Assembly: GCA_902535365.1 (NCBI GenBank)
Contig: CACATF010000001.1
Span: 248,765-312,764, forward strand
Direction: 5' to 3'
Source of the DNA: an uncultured SAR86 cluster bacterium
GTDB lineage: Bacteria > Pseudomonadota > Gammaproteobacteria > Magnimaribacterales > TMED112
Length of the DNA stretch: 64,000 nt
Under the pieces are notes generated by a model that was not told where the DNA came from, made no database searches, and saw only the letters and a program-made list of their open reading frames with translations. A program made the translations under genes and the position numbers. Shown piece after piece: positions 41,032 through 50,330 of this stretch (within the stretch, counting starts at the first letter, position 1; the number at the start of each line of letters is the position of its first letter).

Positions 41032-41172
41032 ATGAAATGGGAAAAACCAGAAATTAGTTATTTAGGAAGTCTGCAAGAGCTCACAAACATGCCATCTGGC
41101 GAGGGCGACACAAAAGACTTCGGATTCAATGATGGAGAAGTATTTTCAGGTAATCCTATTGGTTCAACATAA
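41032..41172 (+). CDS. Lasso peptide precursor A (46 aa), not in ORF track
   Basis: MKWEKPEISYLGSLQELTN-MPSGEGDTKDFGFNDGEVFSGNPIGST: WxxP RRE-binding motif, LG, Thr at -2, Gly/Asp-rich core; fills the gap between cyclase and kinase. Confidence 0.9.
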   Translation: MKWEKPEISYLGSLQELTNMPSGEGDTKDFGFNDGEVFSGNPIGST

Positions 41173-42060
41173 TTGCTAAACCATCATTATAGGCACCTCG
41201 GTTTAAAAATAACCTCAGATTCAAAGCTTCTTTTTCTTGAAGAAGGCAATCATTGTAGTTCAGGTGCTCAAATCATCATATTAAATAAGGAAAATCTTAA
41301 AAGTAAAAGAAAAAACAATACATCTACGTGGGTATTCACTGCAAATCACAAAAAGATAGAAATTTACAAGAAGGGCATATGCTTTATAGAAATAATTAAT
41401 GGCAGGGAGATCCACTACAAAAAATTAGGCAAATTTAATAATATTGATTTTTCTAAATTTATAGCAAATTTAGTTTTTGGCTATCTTCTTTTTCAAAGAA
41501 AAGAAATTGTACTGCATGCATCATGTGTTTCTAAAAATGGAAAAGCAATATTATTTTGTGGTCCTAGTGGAAGTGGAAAGTCAACTTTGGCTGCCCAACT
41601 TTTGTCAAAATTCAGTTTTATGTCTGAAGACTTATCATATTTAATAAAAAAGAAGAACCAAATTTATGTATCATCTTCTATCCCGTTCATAAAATTGGAC
41701 CCTAAAATCTCTAGCTTCATAGAATGTCAAAATAAGTATATTTTGCAGAGCGATCAGTATAAAAGAGATTTTTGTGAAGTTTCTAGCCATCATTCAAAAA
41801 ATACTGCAGAAGTAAATAAAATTATTTTCTTAAAATGGGGAACAAAAGACAAATTTTATAAACCGTCAATTAAGGAAGCTTTAATACTCTTCATTAATAA
41901 TACATTTAAAAAAATTCCCTATTCCCCAAGTTCTGAACATTCCATAAAAATATTTCACTTCTTCAAAAAACTGAATGAATCATCTGAACTTTATGTTCTA
42001 ATGCGAAAAAAGGAAGAAAAAATAGCAAATGGAAATGATTTTTTTGATACAATGATTTAA
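41173..42060 (+). CDS. HPr-kinase-like protein (putative lasso peptide kinase)
   Basis: VLHASCV..NGKAILFCGPSGSGKSTLA......FMSED; TTG directly after the precursor stop. Confidence 0.85.
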   Translation: MLNHHYRHLGLKITSDSKLLFLEEGNHCSSGAQIIILNKENLKSKRKNNTSTWVFTANHKKIEIYKKGICFIEIINGREIHYKKLGKFNNIDFSKFIANLVFGYLLFQRKEIVLHASCVSKNGKAILFCGPSGSGKSTLAAQLLSKFSFMSEDLSYLIKKKNQIYVSSSIPFIKLDPKISSFIECQNKYILQSDQYKRDFCEVSSHHSKNTAEVNKIIFLKWGTKDKFYKPSIKEALILFINNTFKKIPYSPSSEHSIKIFHFFKKLNESSELYVLMRKKEEKIANGNDFFDTMI

Positions 42061-42120
42061 CCTAAGGTATCCTAAAACATGTTTTTAATAAAAACATTTT
42101 AGAGAAGAAATTTAAAATTA

Positions 42121-44184
42121 ATGAATGTTCACCAAATCTCTAGTTCAAATGAAAAGAGTAGTCTTAAAATACTAGTTAAAACCCTTCTTACAAATATCTA
42201 TTTTATCTGTGCTTCACTATTTATTGCAGGTAGTCTTTGGGCTATTTATTACTTCTACTCACCAAAGGTATATAGATTAGAATCAATTATACAGATAGAT
42301 AAATCCAACAGCTCCAGCAGTCCACTTGATTCATCAATATTTGGTGGCCAGCAAAATATAATTTTAGAAGAAGAGGTAAAAATAATCATGTCAAGATCAA
42401 GTCTTGATAAGTTAATTGATGACCTTCAAATAGATATTTCTGTAAATAATAATCAACTTAATCTAAGTGAAAATAAAAATATTGAATTTAGCTTCTATGA
42501 AAAGAAATTTGATACAGAAGAAGAAGATATAGATATTTATCTCAAAAAATCAGGAAAAAATATTGAGTTATATGATTCTGAAAAAAATTTTATTAAAAAC
42601 GTAAATTTAGATGAGTCGGTAAATTATAAAGGCTCTCAGTTTGCCATATCAAACATCAAAGCTGAGGAAAATAAATATGTATATGTCAGTTTTAAAAATA
42701 GAAAAAATTTATATCAATATTTAAGTAATATGGTAGATGTAAAGGAATATATTACAGCACGAAATATGTATCAAAAGCTTTCTCTGGTGTCTTTGACTTA
42801 TGATTCAGCAAATATTGATTTTGCAAAAAAACTCCTGGATTCGCTAACATCAATTTACATACAAAGAAGTATTGAAACTAACATAAAGGAAGCCTCACAA
42901 TCCCTATTATTCATCACTGAGCAAACGAAGAATGTGCAAGAAAAATTAGCACAGAGTGAAATAAATTTAAATGATTTCAAAAGTGAAAACATTTCTATAG
43001 ACATAGATTTAGAGGTCGAGTCTTATTTTAATGAATTAAATTTTCTTTCGTCTGAGATAAAGAAAATAGAACTTAAGTTAGCAGAAGCAAGTCAATTATA
43101 TAGCAGCTCAAACCCACTAGTTAAATCACTAGAATCGCAAAGAAATACACTTATAACTGAACAAAGAGGCCTGCAAGAAAGTGTGTCTTTACTTCCAACT
43201 GAACAGCAAAAGTATATCGCACTGTACCGAGATTTTGAGGTTAATCAAGGCCTTTATGAAGACTTATTAAGAAGGCAGCTAGAATTGGCTCTTTTAGAAG
43301 CTTCAACTATCTCTGATATTTCAACAATTGACAAGGCTTACGTAACTAAAAAAGTCTCTCCAAGAGGTTTTTCGGCTCTGCTTTCCATGTTATTTATTTT
43401 TGGGGCACTTGCATATTCTATTGCTTTAGTTAGGACTTTATTCTTTTCTCCAGTGAGGGTTCCAACAGATATACATGAAATGACAGATGCAAAAATTCTA
43501 GGATTTATTCCCAAAGTCGAGACTGAAGAAGACATATCCGAGGGAAATTTAGACATGATTGAGAGCCTTGTTACAAATTTTCTAATTACAGTAGAAAGCA
43601 AAAAGGTTGTAATGGTAACAGGACCTGTCCCTTTAGTCGGAAAATCATTTTCTTCATCAATGCTAGCAAAATATTCTGCTAGTCGTGGAAAAAAAGTTTT
43701 ATTAATTGACTTGGATTACAAAAGGGGCGATCTCCATAAGAGATTTAATATTGAAAGAGTAAATTTTAAGGAAATTCTACAAAGCGACTTTAGTAAATTT
43801 AATGTGGAAGAGAACCTGTTTGTTATTCCAAGGGCTAAAAAAAGCTCGCGCTCATCTTTAACTTTATTTGATTCTGAAGCTTTTGCAGAATTTTTAGAAC
43901 GGGCAAAGAATGAATTTGATTTAATAATATTTGATACACCACCAATATTATCTGTTTCAGACGCAATTCTTCTATCCAAATATAGTGACATGTGTTTTGT
44001 TGTTGTGAGACAAGATTTTTCAGTTGAAAGAGACATACTTTCAACACTAGAAATTATGCAAAATATCCAAAAAGGCAATCAGATAATATTCAATTGTTTT
44101 TCAAAACCACGAGGATATTACTACGACTACTACACTTACAAATACTATGGAAACTATAAATATTATCAATATGAAACTGACTAA
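42121..44184 (+). CDS. wzc: Polysaccharide co-polymerase / BY tyrosine kinase
   Basis: Wzz-like N-terminal TM, coiled-coil periplasmic region, GPVPLVGKS Walker A, LIDLDYKRG, FDTPPIL.VSDA, Tyr-rich C-tail. Confidence 0.92.
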   Translation: MNVHQISSSNEKSSLKILVKTLLTNIYFICASLFIAGSLWAIYYFYSPKVYRLESIIQIDKSNSSSSPLDSSIFGGQQNIILEEEVKIIMSRSSLDKLIDDLQIDISVNNNQLNLSENKNIEFSFYEKKFDTEEEDIDIYLKKSGKNIELYDSEKNFIKNVNLDESVNYKGSQFAISNIKAEENKYVYVSFKNRKNLYQYLSNMVDVKEYITARNMYQKLSLVSLTYDSANIDFAKKLLDSLTSIYIQRSIETNIKEASQSLLFITEQTKNVQEKLAQSEINLNDFKSENISIDIDLEVESYFNELNFLSSEIKKIELKLAEASQLYSSSNPLVKSLESQRNTLITEQRGLQESVSLLPTEQQKYIALYRDFEVNQGLYEDLLRRQLELALLEASTISDISTIDKAYVTKKVSPRGFSALLSMLFIFGALAYSIALVRTLFFSPVRVPTDIHEMTDAKILGFIPKVETEEDISEGNLDMIESLVTNFLITVESKKVVMVTGPVPLVGKSFSSSMLAKYSASRGKKVLLIDLDYKRGDLHKRFNIERVNFKEILQSDFSKFNVEENLFVIPRAKKSSRSSLTLFDSEAFAEFLERAKNEFDLIIFDTPPILSVSDAILLSKYSDMCFVVVRQDFSVERDILSTLEIMQNIQKGNQIIFNCFSKPRGYYYDYYTYKYYGNYKYYQYETD

Positions 44185-44983
44185 AATATCTTGCTTTCTA
44201 ATTGCCTATTTGTTGTCAGGATGTTCAATAATTCCAGGCATGGGAATGCCCGGAGAATATTCTTTTTCGGAAGGCCGAATATTTGAAACACAAACAGGAA
44301 AATACATAAATGTTGAAAAGGTTGATTTTGAGAAAATCAAAACATTGAACAATCGGAAAATACAAAAGCAATATACTGTGTCTCCTGGCGATGTTATAAC
44401 AGTCGTAATTTGGGGTCAGCAAGAATTTTTCTCAATGCAAAGCTATTACAATTCAAACAACCCTATGAATTCTCGAACAATAGATGCAGATGGGACAATA
44501 TTTTTCCCGTTTGTTGGAATTATAAATGTAGAGGGCTTCACAGTCAGTGAAGTTCGAGATGTTATAACATCAAAACTTTCTGAAAATTTTATAGATCCAC
44601 AGGTTGATGTAACTGTTACTAAATATAATAAGAATAGGAATATTTATCTTGTTGGAGAGTTTGTTCAACCAAAAACCATGACTATCGGCATAGAAGAAAT
44701 AACACTTGCAGATGCAATTGCAGATGCAAAAGGGCTAAGAGAAACGACTGCAAGATCTGATAAAGTATTTATCATACGTCTTAAGGATCCTAGTGAACCT
44801 AAGATTTATGAAATAGATCTTAGCAAAGGTGATAAAATGATACTTGCCAGTGAGTTTTTTCTAGAGCCTAAAGATATAATTTATGTAGGCCCAGCAGATG
44901 TCACAAAATGGAATCGAGTAATAAGTCAATTCTTTCCATTTGCCTCATTCTTAAATCAGGTTGAGCAGATTGGAACAAATTAA
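44171..44983 (+). CDS. wza: Polysaccharide export outer-membrane lipoprotein
   Basis: Lipobox LLSGC, Y.VSPGDVI.V.IW, DGTIFFPFVG, L.PKDIIYV, KWNRVISQ; start ATG 44171. Confidence 0.9.
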   Translation: MKLTKISCFLIAYLLSGCSIIPGMGMPGEYSFSEGRIFETQTGKYINVEKVDFEKIKTLNNRKIQKQYTVSPGDVITVVIWGQQEFFSMQSYYNSNNPMNSRTIDADGTIFFPFVGIINVEGFTVSEVRDVITSKLSENFIDPQVDVTVTKYNKNRNIYLVGEFVQPKTMTIGIEEITLADAIADAKGLRETTARSDKVFIIRLKDPSEPKIYEIDLSKGDKMILASEFFLEPKDIIYVGPADVTKWNRVISQFFPFASFLNQVEQIGTN

Positions 44984-45413
44984 ATCAGTACTATTTGTTT
45001 GCATTGGTAATCATTGTCGTAGTCCTGTAGCTCAACATCTTTTAATGAGCTTGAACAATAACATTAATGTTAGTTCTGCAGGGATAAGCCCTTTATTTTC
45101 AAATGATATGCATCCTTTATCAAGAGAATTTCTTGACTCTAAAAATATAAATCATGCAGTACATCATCCTAGGAAATTTGATGTTAGTGATTTTGATAAA
45201 TTTAATTACATTATTGTGCTTGACGATATAATTGGTGCGCAGCTTTTAAGAAAATATAGTCAGCATTCATCAAAAATATTTAAAATAAATCACTTTACAC
45301 CCTCGATTTATACTCCTGACCCTTTTAAATTAAGTGAGATAAAATATAATCAAATTATGTGTAATATTGATACATTAGTGAGTAATTGGAATAATTTTTT
45401 AGTAGGGAAGTGA
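44961..45413 (+). CDS. wzb: Low-molecular-weight protein-tyrosine phosphatase
   Basis: VLFVCIGNHCRSPVA P-loop, SAG, DPF; start may be TTG 44970. Confidence 0.9.
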   Translation: MSRLEQIKSVLFVCIGNHCRSPVAQHLLMSLNNNINVSSAGISPLFSNDMHPLSREFLDSKNINHAVHHPRKFDVSDFDKFNYIIVLDDIIGAQLLRKYSQHSSKIFKINHFTPSIYTPDPFKLSEIKYNQIMCNIDTLVSNWNNFLVGK

Positions 45414-45414
45414 A

Positions 45415-46659
45415 GTGAATATTGGAGTTGTTGGATTAGGTTATGTAGGCATTGTGTCTTTAGCTTGTTTGTCAAAAATGGGGTTTAAGGTAACAGGAAT
45501 TGATACTGATCAAAAAAAAGTTGATGCATTGAAAAATGGATGCTCGTATATTTATGAACCAGGGGTAGATAAGCTAATTAAAGATGGATTAAAAAAGGGC
45601 AAAATTTTTTCATCAAATAAAATTAATAGTTCGATAAATGATTTAGATTTATTCTTAGTTTGTGTTGGCACGCCAAGCAAAGCAGATGGCTCCCATGATT
45701 ACTCTTACATTGAAAATGTAACAAAAGAAATTGCAATTTGCTCCAAAAAACTCAAACATAAAAAAGTTACAGTTGCGTTTCGATCAACATTTCAACCAGG
45801 TACGATTGATAAAGTAATATTGCCAATTCTTGATAAGTATAAGGCCACAAATGTTGATGTTGTTTATAATCCAGAATTTTTAAGGGAATCCACTGCGATT
45901 GATGATTTTTTTATGCCCTCCAGGATTGTTGTAGGAACATCTGATGGTTCAGCATCAAAACATATGAATCAAATATATAAATCATTTGATGCAAAAATAT
46001 TTCTTACAAAATTCAAGGAAGCAGAAATAACTAAACTTATTGATAACACTTGGCATGCGCTTAAAGTTTCATTTATGAATGAAATTGCTCGAATCTCAGA
46101 AACCAATGAAATTAATATATCCAAGATATATGATATTTTTGTTGCAGATAATATTTTGAATATTTCAAAACATTATTTGAGGCCTGGAGGTCCGTTTGGG
46201 GGCTCTTGTTTGCCAAAAGATCTCAGGGCATTAGAGTCTCTTTCAAAGCTTCATAAATTAAATAACCCAATTATAGAAAACATATCTTTATCAAATGCCA
46301 ACCATCAGGAATATTTAGTGAATAAAATTTTACATAGAACTGGTAAAAATAAAAAAATACTTTTTTGCGGTGTTACGTTCAAAAGAAATACTGATGATCT
46401 CAGAGAAAGCCCATGGTTATCAATTGCTAACGTTCTAAAAGAACAAAATTTAGACTTTGATATTTATGATTCATATTATTCATCGAATAAAACCAACAAA
46501 GAAAAAAATACTTTTCTCGGTCCAATAAGTGAGAATATCGTATCTATTAATGATGTAAGAAACTCAAAATATGATCTTTACATAAATGCAAACAACTCAA
46601 TTGTTGATCTGGGCTTAAAATCAACAAATACTGTATTAGATCTTAATAGATTAGATTAA
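45415..46659 (+). CDS. Nucleotide-sugar dehydrogenase (GDP-mannose/UDP-glucose 6-dehydrogenase family)
   Basis: GLGYVG, CVGTPS, YNPEFLRE, FGGSCLPKD, FK.NTDDLRESP. Confidence 0.92.
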   Translation: MNIGVVGLGYVGIVSLACLSKMGFKVTGIDTDQKKVDALKNGCSYIYEPGVDKLIKDGLKKGKIFSSNKINSSINDLDLFLVCVGTPSKADGSHDYSYIENVTKEIAICSKKLKHKKVTVAFRSTFQPGTIDKVILPILDKYKATNVDVVYNPEFLRESTAIDDFFMPSRIVVGTSDGSASKHMNQIYKSFDAKIFLTKFKEAEITKLIDNTWHALKVSFMNEIARISETNEINISKIYDIFVADNILNISKHYLRPGGPFGGSCLPKDLRALESLSKLHKLNNPIIENISLSNANHQEYLVNKILHRTGKNKKILFCGVTFKRNTDDLRESPWLSIANVLKEQNLDFDIYDSYYSSNKTNKEKNTFLGPISENIVSINDVRNSKYDLYINANNSIVDLGLKSTNTVLDLNRLD

Positions 46660-46660
46660 T

Positions 46661-47860
46661 TTGATGGCATCTCTAAACAAAAAAAAAGTTCTTATCATAG
46701 TTGAGAATTTGCCAGTACCTTTTGATAGGCGTGTTTGGCTAGAGGCAAATACATTAAAAAAAAATGGAGCGTCTGTTTGTGTTATTTGTCCAAAAAAACC
46801 TGGATATGAAAAATCATACGAGGAAATTAATGGAATTAAAGTTTATAGACATAGTCTTCGAGAAGCATCATCTAAATTAGGATATTTCTTTGAATACTCT
46901 CAAGCGCTACTGAATCAGTTTTTTCTATCTTGGAAAATTTTCTTTAAGCATGGATTTCACATCATTCATGCTTGCAATCCTCCAGACCTAATTTTTCTTG
47001 TGGCTATCCCATTTAAACTCTTTGGAGTGAAATTTATATTCGATCACCATGACATAAATCCAGAATTATATTTTGCTAAGTTTGGGAAACAAGGCGTTTT
47101 TTGGCATTTATTAATCTTTTTTGAAAAGATGTCTTTCCTTTTTTCCGATATAGTAATTTCCACAAACGAAAGTTATAAAGAGATAGCTATAACTAGAGGG
47201 AGAAAAAATGACAAATCTGTCTTTGTTGTCAGATCTGGTCCTGATGTTAACAAGCTAATATATAGTTATAATGAAAAGCATAAGAATAAAAAGGCATACC
47301 TGGTTTCATACGTAGGGGTAATGGGTGAGCAGGAAGGAATTGACTTATTGCTTCAATCAATACAATTTATAATTACCACTAAGAAAAGAACGGATATCCA
47401 TTTTAAGATTATTGGAGGTGGGCCTGCATATCAAAGCCTAGTGAAAACTGCTAGAGATATGAATCTTACTGAGCATGTTGAATTTACAGGCCGTGTTTCT
47501 GATGAAGAATTATTTGAGACATTAAATTCCTCAGATGTATGTGTTAATCCTGATAAGCCTAATGAGATGAATGATAAATCTACTATGAACAAAATTTTAG
47601 AGTATATGGCCTTTTCAAAACCAATCGTTCAGTATGATCTATTGGAGGGCAGAAGATCAGCAAGTTCGAGCTCTTTGTATGCTATAAATGGTGATACAGA
47701 AGATTTTGGAGCAAAGATATTGCAACTATTAGATAATAGAGAACTCCGTATATCAATGGGTAAAATAGGTAAAGAAAGGTTATATAATGAACTTTCTTGG
47801 GAACATCAGGAAGACTCACTATTAGCAGCTTACAAAGCAGCTTTAAAAAATTATTTATGA
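46661..47860 (+). CDS. GT4 family glycosyltransferase
   Basis: ENLPVPFDRRVW.EA, HACNPPD, FDHHD..PE, KILEYMA..KPIV. Confidence 0.9.
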   Translation: MMASLNKKKVLIIVENLPVPFDRRVWLEANTLKKNGASVCVICPKKPGYEKSYEEINGIKVYRHSLREASSKLGYFFEYSQALLNQFFLSWKIFFKHGFHIIHACNPPDLIFLVAIPFKLFGVKFIFDHHDINPELYFAKFGKQGVFWHLLIFFEKMSFLFSDIVISTNESYKEIAITRGRKNDKSVFVVRSGPDVNKLIYSYNEKHKNKKAYLVSYVGVMGEQEGIDLLLQSIQFIITTKKRTDIHFKIIGGGPAYQSLVKTARDMNLTEHVEFTGRVSDEELFETLNSSDVCVNPDKPNEMNDKSTMNKILEYMAFSKPIVQYDLLEGRRSASSSSLYAINGDTEDFGAKILQLLDNRELRISMGKIGKERLYNELSWEHQEDSLLAAYKAALKNYL

Positions 47861-49074
47861 ATATAGCTAATTCAGCAATTAGCTTAACATTGGCAAAAAT
47901 TATTGGCATTGGGTGTCAATTCATCTCAATATCTATAATCACTAAAAATTTATCTTTAGATAATGTAGGAACCTTCCTCCTTTTCTTAACATTCACTTTA
48001 TTAGCAAGGTTTTTATCAAGTTTTGGGTTTGATCAAATATTAATTCGGGAAATATCTAGAGAAAAAGAAAACAAAAAATCCTTTGGCAATACCTTTATTG
48101 TTTCACTAATATTCAATTGTTTGATTTCATCAATAATCTATTTGATTTATATAAATTTCTTCGATTTTAGCCTTCAAATAAATAACTTATTAATATTTTT
48201 GAGTTTTATTATGCAAGGAATTTTTGGCTCTTGTATTGGTTTGATAAGAGGGTTTGGAAAAAATCTAAAGGCACAAATTCCTGAAGGGTTGTTAATGCAT
48301 TTATTTTTTCTGGTTTTAATAATTATTCATAGCAACATAGAAATAATCAGTCTAAAAACATTATTTTTAAATTATTTTTTATCCTCAACAGTTGTATTTT
48401 TAGTTTATTTTTCTTTGATAAAAGATATGAGGTTGAATTTTAAAGGTTCGCTAAAAAAAGATTTTGTAAAGTATTTTAAATCAGCAGGGCAAATTATTAT
48501 TATACTTGCATCCACCTATGCAATTATAAAAAGCCCAACACTAATAGCAGCAATTTTTTTAGATATTCAAGAGGTCGCTTTAATAGACATCGCGTTAAAA
48601 GTAGCAAGTATCCCAATTATTCTAATTTCTAGCATTGGAGCAACTTATGCTGGTGTCTTTTCGAATTTAAAGGGAATGGGTTTTAAATCTAATTTTAATG
48701 CCTTGTCTCAGGCGGTTCTTTTAGGATTTATTCCATCATTGATATGGACAATCTGCTTAGTTTTTTTTGGAAAAGACATTATTAAAATTCTTTTTGGTGA
48801 TCTATATCTAGAGGCGTATCCTAGTTTGATAATTTTATCTATATCATATTTATTAATATCGATAGGATCTGTATCAAGTGTTATGTTAATTCATCAAGAT
48901 AACGAATCAATCCTTTTAAAATTGAGTACTTTTTCAATTCTGGTGTTATCATTTTCAGCGGCATTGTTAGACCTCAATTTAATTAAAATATCTTTGATAT
49001 TTATGATTAGCATCATAATCAGAGATATTGGCAGTTTACTTTATGCCATGAATATACATTTGAGAGCTTCATGA
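47857..49074 (+). CDS. Wzx-like oligosaccharide flippase
   Basis: About 12 TM segments, flippase-like N-terminus (L....VG.F...FG.D..LIRE), ILFG..Y..A; start ATG 47857. Confidence 0.78.
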   Translation: MNIANSAISLTLAKIIGIGCQFISISIITKNLSLDNVGTFLLFLTFTLLARFLSSFGFDQILIREISREKENKKSFGNTFIVSLIFNCLISSIIYLIYINFFDFSLQINNLLIFLSFIMQGIFGSCIGLIRGFGKNLKAQIPEGLLMHLFFLVLIIIHSNIEIISLKTLFLNYFLSSTVVFLVYFSLIKDMRLNFKGSLKKDFVKYFKSAGQIIIILASTYAIIKSPTLIAAIFLDIQEVALIDIALKVASIPIILISSIGATYAGVFSNLKGMGFKSNFNALSQAVLLGFIPSLIWTICLVFFGKDIIKILFGDLYLEAYPSLIILSISYLLISIGSVSSVMLIHQDNESILLKLSTFSILVLSFSAALLDLNLIKISLIFMISIIIRDIGSLLYAMNIHLRAS

Positions 49075-50330
49075 TTAAAAGTTTTGATTTAAAAAATATT
49101 CTCTTTACTTACTTTTTAGGCATATTTATTTTTGGGGCATTAAATAAAATCTTCACAGCACAAAACTCAAGTTATTTTGATGAAATTTTTATTCTTATTG
49201 TGGTCCCTTTTGCCCTCTATTTTTTAATACGTAATATTTTTAATTTTAAACTAGCAATAATATTCCTAATACTTCATATAGCAGTGTATTTAATTTCATC
49301 CTTGCAAACTATTTACGATGGTAGAATTACCGCTCAACTTACATTATTAAGCCTTTTCCTTGAGTTTAAATACTTCTTATTATTTCTCTTTTTAGCCCTC
49401 TCAATCCAAAAAAGTAAAATCTCTTTTGAATCACTTCATAAGGCATTAAGTAATTTATTTATTTATATAACAATCCTAAATGCTCCATTTGTTTTTTTTG
49501 ATATCCTGATTAGCGATTATTCAATTTTAGGATTTCCATTGCAGTCAAATAACTTCTTAAACATTAATGCTGCACAGGGGCTTTTTGTGCATAAGTTCTA
49601 TCTCGCTTTATGTTCTGTACTTTCAGCAATATTTTGCTGCATAAATTATCTAGTAACAAATTCAAAAAAATATCTCACTCTTTTCCTTCTTAGTTTATTA
49701 ATTCTCTTTTTGTCATATAGTCTCAAAGAGCTAGCAATCGGGCTCTTTTGCCTCGCATTAATTATTTATCAAAAACTAAGGAATCATAGAATCTTTTCAT
49801 TAATCATTTTTGTAGCTACTATTTTAATAATACCTTTAGGCTTAATATTTTTTTTAGGAGAAAGATCATATTACTTTACTGATATTACAGTTCGTGGTCT
49901 CTTTTATTCTTCATCAGTTGATATTGCAAATAACTATTTTCCTTTTGGAGCTGGGACAGGAAAATTTGGAAGCACAGTAGCATCTGATTATGCATACAGT
50001 GAGCTATATTTCCAGTATGGGATTGCATATATATATGGAGGAACAACAACCTATGGACAATATTTGACTGATGTTGGATATGCAAAGTATCTCGGTGAAT
50101 CAGGCTGGATTGGCATTGCTTTTTTATTGTTTGCATTTATAACTCCAATTTTTTCAGCATATGAAAAGTCTCACCTGTTTTCATTGAAGTTTCTTACAAT
50201 ATTGCTTCTTGGGCTCCTTATTATTACCAATAATTTTGCTTCAACTATTCAGAACTCTGATTTTGGTTCCATGCTCGTTGCATTATACTTCGCAATATAT
50301 AGCTCCACATTCCAACCTCATGAAAAATAA
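49071..50330 (+). CDS. Wzy-like polysaccharide polymerase / O-antigen ligase-like membrane protein
   Basis: Polytopic membrane protein with periplasmic loop R..FY.....A..YFPFGAG.G.FGS and LGESGWIG; next to wzx. Confidence 0.72.
   Translation: MIKSFDLKNILFTYFLGIFIFGALNKIFTAQNSSYFDEIFILIVVPFALYFLIRNIFNFKLAIIFLILHIAVYLISSLQTIYDGRITAQLTLLSLFLEFKYFLLFLFLALSIQKSKISFESLHKALSNLFIYITILNAPFVFFDILISDYSILGFPLQSNNFLNINAAQGLFVHKFYLALCSVLSAIFCCINYLVTNSKKYLTLFLLSLLILFLSYSLKELAIGLFCLALIIYQKLRNHRIFSLIIFVATILIIPLGLIFFLGERSYYFTDITVRGLFYSSSVDIANNYFPFGAGTGKFGSTVASDYAYSELYFQYGIAYIYGGTTTYGQYLTDVGYAKYLGESGWIGIAFLLFAFITPIFSAYEKSHLFSLKFLTILLLGLLIITNNFASTIQNSDFGSMLVALYFAIYSSTFQPHEK

Noticed and set aside
41173-42060. 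Canonical HPr kinase/phosphorylase of the PTS
   Set aside because: Only the LHAS/Walker A core is recognisable, no PTS genes are adjacent, and it abuts the peptide gene.
42061-42120. JUMPStart/ops (RfaH) element before the capsule genes
   Set aside because: No GGCGGTAG-like ops sequence is present.
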